The translations under genes were made by a program, and so were the position numbers. Below are positions 28,114 through 38,361 of a DNA stretch of 64,000 nucleotides, piece after piece. This DNA is from an uncultured Flavobacteriaceae bacterium. Its GTDB lineage: Bacteria; Bacteroidota; Bacteroidia; Flavobacteriales; Flavobacteriaceae. Location: assembly GCA_964504555.1 (NCBI GenBank), contig CAZDFA010000001.1, forward strand, positions 32,440 to 96,439, given 5' to 3'. The stretch's first letter is position 1. The number at the start of each line of letters is the position of its first letter. A model generated the notes under the pieces. The model worked only from the letters and a program-made list of their open reading frames with translations, made no database searches and was not told the origin of the DNA.

Positions 28114-28760
28114 AAGACCCGATTATTGATGCAACCATTCAATTTGTAAAAGAAAAACTCGCTAATGCTGAAGGTGGTCACGACTGGTTTCATACCGAAC
28201 GGGTATATAAAAATGCATTGCATATCGCTCAAGGCGAAAACGTAGACCTACTAACCGTAAGTTTGGGTGCCTTGCTACATGACATAGCAGATGCTAAATT
28301 TCACGATGGCGATGATACCATTGGGCCAAAACTAGCCACCGAATTCCTGATTAAACATAATGTTGATAATACTGTTATTGAACATGTGGTTCAGATTATA
28401 AAAAATATCTCATTTAAGGGTGGCAATCAAACTCAAAACTTCAATTCTGCCGAATTACAGGTAGTACAAGATGCAGATCGCCTAGATGCAATGGGAGCAA
28501 TAGGTATTGCAAGGACTTTTAATTATGGCGGATTTAAAAACAGAAAATTGTACGACCCTGATATCAAACCCAAATTGGATATGACCGCCAAGGAATATCG
28601 CGCTTCTACCGCCCCAACGATCAATCATTTTTATGAAAAGTTATTACTGCTAAAAGACAAAATGAATACCAAAACGGGTAGTGAGCTAGCAGCCCAGCGC
28701 CACGAGTTTATGGTAATATATCTCAAACAGTTTTATAGAGAGTGGGATGGAAGCTTATAG
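28110..28760 (+). CDS. HD-domain phosphohydrolase
   Basis: GHDWFH, LLHDIAD, QDADRLDAMG, HFYEKLL. Confidence 0.9.
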   Translation: MKDPIIDATIQFVKEKLANAEGGHDWFHTERVYKNALHIAQGENVDLLTVSLGALLHDIADAKFHDGDDTIGPKLATEFLIKHNVDNTVIEHVVQIIKNISFKGGNQTQNFNSAELQVVQDADRLDAMGAIGIARTFNYGGFKNRKLYDPDIKPKLDMTAKEYRASTAPTINHFYEKLLLLKDKMNTKTGSELAAQRHEFMVIYLKQFYREWDGSL

Positions 28761-28771
28761 TTCAAAAACCA

Positions 28772-31201
28772 CTACAAGTCGATTTTACTTAGGGTCACTT
28801 TATCATTTTGTTGATATAGCTTGATGACTTTTACTTCCTTTTGCTCATTTATAGTCCCATAGTTGCGATAAATGGTGTACTTCAAATAAGGAGGAATATT
28901 AAATTGATCTTTCTCACCCAAGTATTGAATATTTACAATCCAATCGCCCGCTGGGGCATCATCAACTATAAATTCTTCCGTCTGGAATCCTTGATCCTGC
29001 TCTTCGTATAGACGTCTCTTGTTATCTTCTAAAGTGTGGGCCCAGGTATAGTATTTTTTATTAGGATTTACAAATTGAAATTCAAATGGGACTGTACGAT
29101 CTGACCACTCAATCACCATTCTGAGGTCAACATTGTACCCAACACGTAGCCATTCATTAGGCAGTCGTTGAAATTCTATTTTGTCTTTATGGTGTGCTAT
29201 CAGTCTACTCAATTCACTTTTCAGTGAATTTTCTAAACCTGTAAAATTGATTCCCTTCAATTGCTTACCTAGCATATTAATATATAACTCTAAAGCTTTA
29301 TTATATTCACCTACTTCCTGATAAATCATAGCGAGATCACGATAGGACTGTGCTTCTTTTGGAGCTAGTTTCACGATACGTTCATACATAAGACGTGCTT
29401 TATCATAGGCTTTAACCGCTTCATACATATATGCCACTACGCGCAAAACCTTAGCATTATTGTTACCTACTACCACCAACTTATCTAGTATTTCATTTGC
29501 TAAAGCTTGATTGTAACGCTGAAAATATTGAGCCATGTCAATATAAAAAGAGAGTGATGGCTCTCTATTAAAAGCCATTTCCTTATAACGCAAGTATTTT
29601 TCTTCAACAGTATTTAGGCCTTCTAGTTCAGTTATATAAGAAGCTTGTTTTCCTGATAAATTAAGCAAGGGAAGGTTTTCCTTATAATTATTGCCACTTA
29701 CAAGAAGTGACGGAACTATGGGATCATCTGTACTTAACCGAGCCGAACCTGTTTTAGTACGAATAATAATTACACCATCAATTCCCAATGTGCCAAAACG
29801 CACAGTAGCCGCTGCCGATTTTAATACGGAAATACTCTCAATATTTTGGGGGTCAACAAAACTATTCACTTCTCCGATAGTAGCTTGAAATTGATTATTA
29901 TCAATAACCCATAGTGGCGAAGCTCCTCCTGACCCCGTAGGTGTCTCATCAGCTCCACCAAAAGTCTGAGTATTTCTAATTGATATAGTTGCTTGAGAAC
30001 CAAAACCATTTACAATAACGCCAGCGAAGCGACCCCGTAAAATATCACTTACAAACTGTACTTCGGGCTTAATTTCTTCACTTGTTAAGTAATTAACTGC
30101 ATATCCCAATTTATCTTTAGACTCCTTGCCAAATCCTGTAATTACTTCATTGTCTTGAGTTATTCTTTTTTCTTTTAAAACAATTTCATCTAAAAGCTCG
30201 GCAAGAGGCTCTAAATAGACGGCTAAGGGAGATTGTCTATTTTCTACTGGCAGACTTTTTGTTTGCGTACCTAAAAAACTAAAGGTTAGTATATCTCCAT
30301 CGTCTGCAGGGATTTCAAAGCTACCGTCTGCTTTGGAATGATATTCTAATAATCCACCTTTTTTAAAGATACTAGCTCCTTGTATCGGTCCACTCTCTGT
30401 TTTAATTATTCCAGTGACAATTGATCTATTGTCTGTTGAAGATATCCCATTGCTAGCTTGTAAAAATGTTCCGTCAGTAAATTGTGCCAGTTGATTGAGA
30501 TATTTTGCATTGCCATCTCTTCCAATCATAATTGAATAGAATGGGATGTTTCCATTTGCCGAAATATCACCATACACCGCATTTCCATTAGAAACTAAAA
30601 CAACAGCATCTGTATCGGTATCACTAATCAAATTGTAATTGGAAAGCCCATTTTGCTGAGTTTGTCCTAATTGTAATCGTAATTCATCTAAGGATTGGTT
30701 TGAAACTTTGAGTTCTTTTTCAGCGATTTTTTGGGTATTAAACGCAGTGAAATTTATAGTTTTAATTTGCTCTTGTTCTAAAAACTGAACCAGCCTTCTC
30801 CAAGTTTTCTCAAAGTCATAATTACCTACACTAGAAGATACATCCCAATAAATATGTGCATTATTTAATTTTTTTTCTTTCTTCTTTTTCCCCTTACCGA
30901 GATAGATAGTACTAACAGATCCAAACAATTGCCTAATATCAGCCCCAACTTTTACAATTTCTTCATATCCTGGAGCGGTAATACTAAGTGCGCTATTCCT
31001 ATCTACTACTTTGTGATACTTGGAATAGACAAAATACCCAAGGTCATTACTTAATACACCTAAGCCTTGATCTGAAACACTCACTTTGGCTCCTTGTATA
31101 GGTTGCTTAGTTTGCTCATCTACTATTCTACCTCTAAAATTGGTCTGACCCACTAGGAAACTTACTTGTAGGAGAATTATAATTTTCAAAAGATTCTTCA
31201 T
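28772..31201 (-). CDS. Exported protein: CarboxypepD_reg-like, vWA-like, CarboxypepD_reg plus TonB plug, TPR and C-terminal beta domain; no barrel
   Basis: FRGRIVDEQTKQPIQGA; IYWDVSSS; DPQNIESISVLKSAAATVRFG.LGIDGVIIIRTK (plug); YRDLAMIYQ (TPR). Confidence 0.75.
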   Translation of the reverse strand: MKNLLKIIILLQVSFLVGQTNFRGRIVDEQTKQPIQGAKVSVSDQGLGVLSNDLGYFVYSKYHKVVDRNSALSITAPGYEEIVKVGADIRQLFGSVSTIYLGKGKKKKEKKLNNAHIYWDVSSSVGNYDFEKTWRRLVQFLEQEQIKTINFTAFNTQKIAEKELKVSNQSLDELRLQLGQTQQNGLSNYNLISDTDTDAVVLVSNGNAVYGDISANGNIPFYSIMIGRDGNAKYLNQLAQFTDGTFLQASNGISSTDNRSIVTGIIKTESGPIQGASIFKKGGLLEYHSKADGSFEIPADDGDILTFSFLGTQTKSLPVENRQSPLAVYLEPLAELLDEIVLKEKRITQDNEVITGFGKESKDKLGYAVNYLTSEEIKPEVQFVSDILRGRFAGVIVNGFGSQATISIRNTQTFGGADETPTGSGGASPLWVIDNNQFQATIGEVNSFVDPQNIESISVLKSAAATVRFGTLGIDGVIIIRTKTGSARLSTDDPIVPSLLVSGNNYKENLPLLNLSGKQASYITELEGLNTVEEKYLRYKEMAFNREPSLSFYIDMAQYFQRYNQALANEILDKLVVVGNNNAKVLRVVAYMYEAVKAYDKARLMYERIVKLAPKEAQSYRDLAMIYQEVGEYNKALELYINMLGKQLKGINFTGLENSLKSELSRLIAHHKDKIEFQRLPNEWLRVGYNVDLRMVIEWSDRTVPFEFQFVNPNKKYYTWAHTLEDNKRRLYEEQDQGFQTEEFIVDDAPAGDWIVNIQYLGEKDQFNIPPYLKYTIYRNYGTINEQKEVKVIKLYQQNDKVTLSKIDL

Positions 31202-31225
31202 ACACTAATTATTTGTTAAAACTAT

Positions 31226-34200
31226 CTATATGGCTATTTTTCCTAATGTAACTTTTTCGTCTTGTTGGTATAACTTAATTACTTTTATCTGTTTAGTCTC
31301 ATAAGTAGTCCCATAGTTACGATAAACAGTGTATTTAAGATATGGAGGGATTACTAAATTACTTTTTTCTCCCAAGTATTGAATATTAACCAACCAATTT
31401 CCTGAAGGAGCATCATCAATAATAAATTCTTCCGTTTGATAACCGTTCTCTTGTTCGCTTACTAGGCGTTCTTTATTTTGATCAAGAGTATGAGTCCATT
31501 TGAAGAATTTCTTTTGCGGATTTACAAATTGAAACTCAAAGGGCACATTACGGTCTGTCCAATCAATTACCATTCTTAGGTCAATATTAAAACCAACGCG
31601 TAACCATTGATTGGGCAATCGAGCGAAATCTATCTTGTCTTTGTGCAGCGCAATGAGCCTACTTAATTCGCTTTTTAGGGGTTTTTCTAAACCATCAAAA
31701 TTTACACCTGCAATCTGTTCTCCTAACATGTTGATATACAAATTAAAGGCTTTATCATACTCTCCAACTTCCTGATATATCATAGCAAGATCTCTATAAG
31801 ATTGTGCTTCTTGAGGAGCAAGTTTAGCGATACGCTCATAAATCAACAAAGCTTTATGATTATCTCTTCCTGCTTCGAATAGGTAGGCAATCACTCGCAA
31901 TATTTTTACATTAGATTTACCTAAAACCATTAACTCTTCTAGAATAGTATCTGCCAAGGAAAGATCATGTTTTTGAAAGTATTGCGCCATGTCGACGTAA
32001 AAAGCTACTTCCGGTTCCCGATTTTCTTCTAATTCTTGATATTTTTTGAATTGCTCCTCAAGATTAGGTAATGCCACAACTTCTTTAATATAGTCAGGAA
32101 TATATTTGTTTTCTTTTAATAGTCCAACAGTTTCTTGGTATGCATTGCCCTTAATTAAAGCAGAATTAGATTTTAACGATCCATTTGTAGTAAGAGCTGA
32201 TAATGTTTTGGTTTTTATCACTATGGCTCCGTCTATGGCAATAGATCCATAACGGTTGGTAGCAGCACTAGATTTAAGTATAGAAATGGAGGCAATATTT
32301 TGCGGGTCAACAAATTCATTAATTTCACTTAAAGTGGCTTGAAAAATAGCATTGTTAATTACCCAGACTACCTCTGGGTTACCACCAGTACCTCCAAAGG
32401 TTTGCGCGGGTCTTAACTCAATTGTGGCGTTAGACCCAAATCCTTTTACAGTTACTCCCGCAAAGCGCCCTCTAAGGACATCACTTACATATTGTGCAGT
32501 TGGTTTTATATCTTCTTCGTCAACTGTATTTACAGCATAACCTAGTCTATCTCTAGATTCTTTTCCGTAGCCCGTAATAATTTTCTCAGATGTTTCTCTG
32601 CGTTCTCCTTTTAGGACCACTTCATCCAAGACTTCTGCGATTGGATTTAACTCAACAAATAACTTTTGTGAAATATCCTCAATGATAAGACCTTTGGGAT
32701 ACATTCCCAAATAGCTAAAGGTTAATATATCTCCTTCTTGCGCACCTATTTCAAAGCTGCCATCAGCATTAGAGATAACCTCTGTAAAACTCCCTTTACG
32801 TAAAATACTTGCACCTTGAATAGGCCCTGAGACTGATTTGACAATTCCTTTTATACGTTCTAATGAACCTCCAGAAACGATCCCATCTGATATATCAATC
32901 AAAGTCTCATCATAATCGTTATTTGAAACCAGGGCAGATGGCTGCTCAGTTTTTTTACTAAAACCACCCTTAGTCTTTATAAAAATAAACGGCCCTCTCC
33001 CATAGGCAATTGCGCCACCTGAATTTTTAACAACTGTGATTGATTCAACATTTTGTGGATTAATAAGTGATAGCGCATCTCCAATTTCAATGCCATCAAC
33101 AATCCATTTAACGGGTTTATTTCTTATTGAGACCACTGCCCCTTCTCCGAATCCTTGTACAACGACTCCTGAAAATTTACCTCGTAGTATATCCGTTATA
33201 AAAACGTCTGTTCCTTTTATTTCATCACTTGTAATGCTGCCGCTTGCAAAACCTAAAGCATCTTTGCTTACTTTTCCAAACCCTAAATCTACTTTTTCCT
33301 CTTCTTTTACATTTTTACCGTTAAGGGTTACTTCTCCTAAAACATCGTTTTTAGGAATTAGTTCAATGTTAGGATTTTTTAGGATATCATCGGCACTTAA
33401 AAACTTAGGGTACATGCCTAAATAGTCAATTGCTATCAGTGCGTCCTTAGGAACGGGTATTGAGAAGCTGCCATCAGCTAGGGTGAAGTACTCTTCAAAC
33501 GTACCTCCTATGCGCAATGAGGCTCCCTGAATAGGTCCAGAAGTACTCACCACTTTTCCAGAAATGGGATTTTTATTTTTTTGTTGTCCTAAAACTCTCA
33601 ATTCTTCATTATACTCATTTCCTTTTGCCAGAGGACTATACTTTTCCTTAGCCAAGGTGTTTTCTTTTGTAGTTATTATAAAAGCCTTTTCAGCAGCTTC
33701 GAGAAATACGCCATAGGTGCTCGAAGCTCTCAATGTGGTCTTTAAAATTATAGACTCGATGTCTCTAGCATATAGGTATTTTGGTATGGGATCTGCGGCG
33801 AGTGTTCCAATTCCATCTACATACCAACTTATTGGAGTTCTCAAAATAAAGGCTTGCTTCGCATTATTTTGAGTTAATATTATAACCTGAGGAAAGTGCC
33901 ATTTAATAACATCTTCTAAGTAATAGAGGTGATCTGCAATATCATCTGCAGTTATGTATTGATCCAAACGAATAGTACCATTTGATCCCTTTAACACGCG
34001 ATTACCTACAATAATATCATCTGTCTTTTTACCTTCTAAAATCACTTCATCCAAAACATTATTTTTTGGTAGCAGGTTTATATCATAGGTTTCCGCTGCT
34101 GTTATTTTTATTTCCTTGGAGAACATACCCAAATAGCTTATTTTAAGAAAGTCCCCTTCCTTGACTTCAATTTCAAAGTTGCCTGATGCATCGGTGAGAA

Positions 34201-35101
34201 ATTCATCTAGCGTGCCACTACGCAGTATTCGTGCTCCTTGTAAGGGCTTATTTAGTGAAGTAACTGTTCCAGCTATTTTTTTTGCTAATGACCCTTGTGT
34301 CTTGATGAGGTTTTTGTTTTGAACAATCTTCGTAGGCAACTCAAGAACTTTGCCATCACTAAAATTGGCTATTTTATGAAAATAGGAATTTTCTTGAGAG
34401 CTAGTGGTCTTAATAGGAAAGACGGGGACAGAAGCTATAATTAATGGTTCTCCAAACAAGGGCTCGTCCTGAATAGCTAATAATACTGCTTCCCGACCAA
34501 CTACATCAATAAGGTCATAATTGGCTATTTTTTTTCGCGGCAGCGCTAATAATTGTGATTTTACACTACTAAGAGATTCTACATTTATTTTGATTGTCTC
34601 TTCAAAAAGTATGGTATTTGCAATAGCAATGATTTCCAATTTTTTTACTTGTTTTTGGGCTAAGAACTGTTGTACTAATGTCCAAGATTCTTCAAATCGT
34701 TTTTGAGAATGGATTTGAGTTGCATCCCAAAACAGGCTTACTTTATCATACGTTTTTGTAGCTTTCTTAAATCGTTTATCCTGCTCTAGGTATATGGTGC
34801 TTACATCCCCTAGGATCGGGCGCATCTCTACTTCAGTTTTTAGAATAGTCTTATAGCCTGGAGCCGAAATTGCTAAAGTACTGGTTGGACCGAGTACTTT
34901 TTCTGGTCTTGAATACACAAAGTACCCGTCGATATTGGTCTGTTCCCCGACACCTTGATCAGAAATTCCAATTTTGGCATAAGCAATAGGAGTTTTTGTT
35001 TTCTTGTCTAGCACCTTTCCTCGTAAAATAGTTTGACCAAAAGTTAATCCAAAGAAAGTGAGATAAAAAAGTAACGAAATGCTGATTTTTTTTGGTCTCA
35101 T
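31226..35101 (-). CDS. Longer tandem paralogue with three CarboxypepD_reg plus plug modules, then TPR and C-terminal beta domain
   Basis: Three P(L/I)QGA.I...(A/S)DG.F.I modules roughly 710 nt apart; C-terminal ~300 aa closely similar to 28772-31201. Confidence 0.75.
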   Translation of the reverse strand: MRPKKISISLLFYLTFFGLTFGQTILRGKVLDKKTKTPIAYAKIGISDQGVGEQTNIDGYFVYSRPEKVLGPTSTLAISAPGYKTILKTEVEMRPILGDVSTIYLEQDKRFKKATKTYDKVSLFWDATQIHSQKRFEESWTLVQQFLAQKQVKKLEIIAIANTILFEETIKINVESLSSVKSQLLALPRKKIANYDLIDVVGREAVLLAIQDEPLFGEPLIIASVPVFPIKTTSSQENSYFHKIANFSDGKVLELPTKIVQNKNLIKTQGSLAKKIAGTVTSLNKPLQGARILRSGTLDEFLTDASGNFEIEVKEGDFLKISYLGMFSKEIKITAAETYDINLLPKNNVLDEVILEGKKTDDIIVGNRVLKGSNGTIRLDQYITADDIADHLYYLEDVIKWHFPQVIILTQNNAKQAFILRTPISWYVDGIGTLAADPIPKYLYARDIESIILKTTLRASSTYGVFLEAAEKAFIITTKENTLAKEKYSPLAKGNEYNEELRVLGQQKNKNPISGKVVSTSGPIQGASLRIGGTFEEYFTLADGSFSIPVPKDALIAIDYLGMYPKFLSADDILKNPNIELIPKNDVLGEVTLNGKNVKEEEKVDLGFGKVSKDALGFASGSITSDEIKGTDVFITDILRGKFSGVVVQGFGEGAVVSIRNKPVKWIVDGIEIGDALSLINPQNVESITVVKNSGGAIAYGRGPFIFIKTKGGFSKKTEQPSALVSNNDYDETLIDISDGIVSGGSLERIKGIVKSVSGPIQGASILRKGSFTEVISNADGSFEIGAQEGDILTFSYLGMYPKGLIIEDISQKLFVELNPIAEVLDEVVLKGERRETSEKIITGYGKESRDRLGYAVNTVDEEDIKPTAQYVSDVLRGRFAGVTVKGFGSNATIELRPAQTFGGTGGNPEVVWVINNAIFQATLSEINEFVDPQNIASISILKSSAATNRYGSIAIDGAIVIKTKTLSALTTNGSLKSNSALIKGNAYQETVGLLKENKYIPDYIKEVVALPNLEEQFKKYQELEENREPEVAFYVDMAQYFQKHDLSLADTILEELMVLGKSNVKILRVIAYLFEAGRDNHKALLIYERIAKLAPQEAQSYRDLAMIYQEVGEYDKAFNLYINMLGEQIAGVNFDGLEKPLKSELSRLIALHKDKIDFARLPNQWLRVGFNIDLRMVIDWTDRNVPFEFQFVNPQKKFFKWTHTLDQNKERLVSEQENGYQTEEFIIDDAPSGNWLVNIQYLGEKSNLVIPPYLKYTVYRNYGTTYETKQIKVIKLYQQDEKVTLGKIAI

Positions 35102-35194
35102 GATCTCTTAATTTAAGTTTCCTTGTACTCAAATATAGCTGTAAAACAAACATAAAATAGTTAACACCGACCTAAATTTACTCAATTTAACTGT

Positions 35195-36247
35195 CTAAAA
35201 GAGTTTTAGTTGGCCATCCTTATATCCTTGATGAAGTTCAGTATTAAGTGGAGGAAGTTCTTTGTCTTTTAAGTACTTGCGCTTTGCAATCTCAAATTGT
35301 CTTTTGATTTGCTTGGCAATTGGACCTTCGCCTTTAATTCTCTTTCCAAAAAGAGAGTTTTCTAGCCTACCACTATGACATTGTTTGATGGCGTGTAGAA
35401 CTTTAGCTGCTCGATCTGGAAAGGCTTGTTGTAGCCATTGCGTAAATATACCGCCAATAGCTCCATTTAACCGTACAATAGTATAGCCTACTTGTAACAC
35501 TCCTCGTTCACTCACTTCCTTTACCAGTGGTAAGGATTCGTGACTGTTAATACCCGGAATAACAGGCCCTGCCATTACCATAACAGGAATGCCTGCTTGT
35601 GTCAACTTTTCAATAGTTCCTAATCTTTTCTTTATTGTTGATGTACGAGGCTCCATAAGCTGTCGAGTGGTCTCAGAAAGTGTGGCTATAGATAAAATAA
35701 CTCGGCATAATCCGTCTGCTGCCAGTTGTGTCAAAATGTCTAAATCACGAAGCACTAGCCCATTTTTTGTAATAATAGCCACTGGATGTTTGTGCTTTAA
35801 AAAGACTTGCAAAAGCTGCCTGGTAATTTGTAGTTTTTTTTCAATGGGTTGGTAGCAATCTGTATTTCCAGAAAGTACTATTGGATGCCCCTGCCAAGAT
35901 TTTCTTTTTATATATTTTTCCAATAGTTGAGGAGCTGTGGGTTTTATCAAAATTTTACTCTCAAAATCCAATCCGGCGCCATAACCCCAATACTCATGGC
36001 TGTTACGCGCATAGCAATACACACAACCATGCTCACAACCTTGATAAGGATTTAGAGAATAATTCATCCCAACATCAGGACTTGTTACTTTGTTTACGAT
36101 GGTTTTTGGAAAAGTCTTAATAAAAGATGTTTTAATCGTTGTGCTTTGATCCAAATAGTCATCTAGGGGTTCTTGGCTATGTTCAAAAAAACGATTTTGA
36201 ACCTGTCCTTGTGCCCCACGTCCCTTAATTAACTTTTTACTATTCAT
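35195..36247 (-). CDS. PA0069-family radical SAM protein
   Basis: KGRGA, NPYQGCEHGCVYCYAR (CxxxCxxC), GNTDCYQP.E; start moved to MNSKK. Confidence 0.9.
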   Translation of the reverse strand: MNSKKLIKGRGAQGQVQNRFFEHSQEPLDDYLDQSTTIKTSFIKTFPKTIVNKVTSPDVGMNYSLNPYQGCEHGCVYCYARNSHEYWGYGAGLDFESKILIKPTAPQLLEKYIKRKSWQGHPIVLSGNTDCYQPIEKKLQITRQLLQVFLKHKHPVAIITKNGLVLRDLDILTQLAADGLCRVILSIATLSETTRQLMEPRTSTIKKRLGTIEKLTQAGIPVMVMAGPVIPGINSHESLPLVKEVSERGVLQVGYTIVRLNGAIGGIFTQWLQQAFPDRAAKVLHAIKQCHSGRLENSLFGKRIKGEGPIAKQIKRQFEIAKRKYLKDKELPPLNTELHQGYKDGQLKLF

Positions 36248-36382
36248 CAATATTCCTATTAATTGGAAATATTCCATAAATATATTCAAATGGTTTTGAA
36301 TAAAAAGGTTAGAATAGAGTTTGTTTTTTATAAAATGGGTTTGTTGAATTCACTACTTTAGTGATACAAGAAAATAAGAAAA

Positions 36383-36853
36383 ATGAGCGCCTTGTTATTT
36401 GATGCTATTCGGAGTGGAAATGAAGAAGATGTAAATAAGCTATTGAAAGAAAATCCCGATATCATAAACGAAACAGATTCCCGAGGTTCTACCCCTCTTT
36501 TATTAGCTAGTTATTACGGTAATGTTGGCATCACCCAGTTACTTTTAGCCGCAAATCCTGATGTCAATGCACAGGATAGTTCTGGCAACACTGCATTGAT
36601 GGGGGTTAGTTTTAAAGGCTATACAGAAATAGCTGAGCTATTGATTGAAGCTGGAGCAGATGTGAATATTACAAATTACAATACATCTAATGCACTTATC
36701 TATGCAGTAACTTTTGGGCAAATAGAAATTGTGAATCTATTATTACAATATGGGGTAAATCTAGCTCAGGCAGATAGCGGAGGTCAATCCGCACTTGATC
36801 ATGCCAAATCAAGAGGGCTAACACAAATCATTAAGCTATTGGAAAATCAATAA
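36383..36853 (+). CDS. Ankyrin repeat protein
   Basis: GSTPLLLA, GNTALM, ADVN repeats. Confidence 0.92.
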   Translation: MSALLFDAIRSGNEEDVNKLLKENPDIINETDSRGSTPLLLASYYGNVGITQLLLAANPDVNAQDSSGNTALMGVSFKGYTEIAELLIEAGADVNITNYNTSNALIYAVTFGQIEIVNLLLQYGVNLAQADSGGQSALDHAKSRGLTQIIKLLENQ

Positions 36854-37478
36854 GATTTTCAACCCAGGTTGTGCAACCTGCTTGAAGTAATTGCTCCCTG
36901 TTTTTCAATCCAACACCTATAAAGTCAATGTCTAAATTCTGGGCAGCTTTTAGATCCCAAACCCCATCACCAACTGCAATTATTTTCTCAAAGACTTGGC
37001 AGTCATAATGAATTTTGGCTTTATCAATAGCTTCTTTCACAAAACCTTCTCTACTCAAATGATTGATTGAGGTTGCAAGTACTTCTTCAACAAAGGGTAT
37101 GTTGGCATCTCGCATTTTTATTGCTGTAGCTTTTGGGAAGGCTCCTGTCCCATAAGCAAAGGGTATTTTTAATTCTTCTAGTTTGAGGAGCGCTGTACGC
37201 GCACCTGGTATCTCGGTTATTGGAGGATACTTTTCTAATGCTGAAGCAAAGAGGGTGTCCACTTTAGCGCAAAGCGCATCTGTGATTTCCTGATTAAAAT
37301 TTCGTCTGTAGTTATATGCCAAAGCGTAGCGATCGGTATGATGCAAGTAATTGTCATAATCTGTATCAATATCGGTTAGACCTAGGTCTCGCATTACTTT
37401 AGTAATTGCGGCAATATAGGTGGGAATACTATCAGTTAAAGTGCCGTCAATATCAAAAATGTAGAGTGTTTTTTTCAT
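36831..37478 (-). CDS. HAD family hydrolase
   Basis: FDIDGTL, GTG, VGDGVWD. Confidence 0.9.
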   Translation of the reverse strand: MKKTLYIFDIDGTLTDSIPTYIAAITKVMRDLGLTDIDTDYDNYLHHTDRYALAYNYRRNFNQEITDALCAKVDTLFASALEKYPPITEIPGARTALLKLEELKIPFAYGTGAFPKATAIKMRDANIPFVEEVLATSINHLSREGFVKEAIDKAKIHYDCQVFEKIIAVGDGVWDLKAAQNLDIDFIGVGLKNREQLLQAGCTTWVENLIDFPIA

Positions 37479-37544
37479 AGCAACAAAGAAACCTCAAAGA
37501 TAGGAGATGCTAAGGCTTTTTATTCACAGAAATTTGATTTCAAG

Positions 37545-37552
37545 TATCTTTG
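37545..37552 (+). promoter_or_regulatory. -7 element TATCTTTG for the amidohydrolase
   Basis: Exact TAnnTTTG 16 nt upstream of ATG 37569. Confidence 0.5.
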
Positions 37553-37568
37553 ATCATATTGATAGACC

Positions 37569-38360
37569 ATGAAAGAACCATTAAGTATTGCTCTCGTACA
37601 AACTGATTTGATTTGGGAGAACCCTGCTCAAAATAGAGCACATCTTGACAAAATTTTCGCAAGTATTACTCCAGACGTGGATTTGGTGTTACTTCCAGAA
37701 ATGTTTACTTCAGGATTTACAATGAATCCAATGTCTGTAGCCGATACCATGCAAGGTATCACAGTAACTTGGTTGCAAAAATGGGCTGCCCAAAAAGATG
37801 TTGCCTTTGGAGGAAGCGTGGTGATTAAGGAAGGCAATGCATATTTTAATAGATTCCTTTTTGTAAGGCCAAATGGCGAGGTACAATCTTATGATAAGAG
37901 GCATCGCTTTATGATGGCTGGTGAGGGAAAAAGGTATACCGCTGGCAATCAGACGGCCCTAATTACCTACAAGGGTTGGAAGTTGTTTCCACAAATTTGC
38001 TACGATCTTCGATTTCCCGTATTTTCTCGAAATGTTATAGATTATGATATCCTTATATATGTTGCCAATTGGCCAAACACTAGGATTCAAGCATGGGATA
38101 CCCTACTTAAAGCACGAGCAATAGAAAATATGTGCTATTGTATTGGGGTTAATCGCATTGGTAAAGATGGCAATGATCTAGATTATTCTGGACATTCTGG
38201 AGTTTATGATCCTTTAGGAAACACCCTGGCTTTTGAAAATGATGCAAATAGACTTATTCATGTTTCTTTATCCAAAGAGCAATTACAAAAAATAAGATTA
38301 AAACTGCCCTTTCTCAAGGATAGGGATCAATTTGAAATTATCTCGTTAAACAAGCAATAA
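37569..38360 (+). CDS. YafV/Nit2-like omega-amidase (carbon-nitrogen hydrolase)
   Basis: LPEMF, YDKRH, QICYDLRFP, VANWP, GVNRIG. Confidence 0.9.
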   Translation: MKEPLSIALVQTDLIWENPAQNRAHLDKIFASITPDVDLVLLPEMFTSGFTMNPMSVADTMQGITVTWLQKWAAQKDVAFGGSVVIKEGNAYFNRFLFVRPNGEVQSYDKRHRFMMAGEGKRYTAGNQTALITYKGWKLFPQICYDLRFPVFSRNVIDYDILIYVANWPNTRIQAWDTLLKARAIENMCYCIGVNRIGKDGNDLDYSGHSGVYDPLGNTLAFENDANRLIHVSLSKEQLQKIRLKLPFLKDRDQFEIISLNKQ

Positions 38361-38361
38361 A

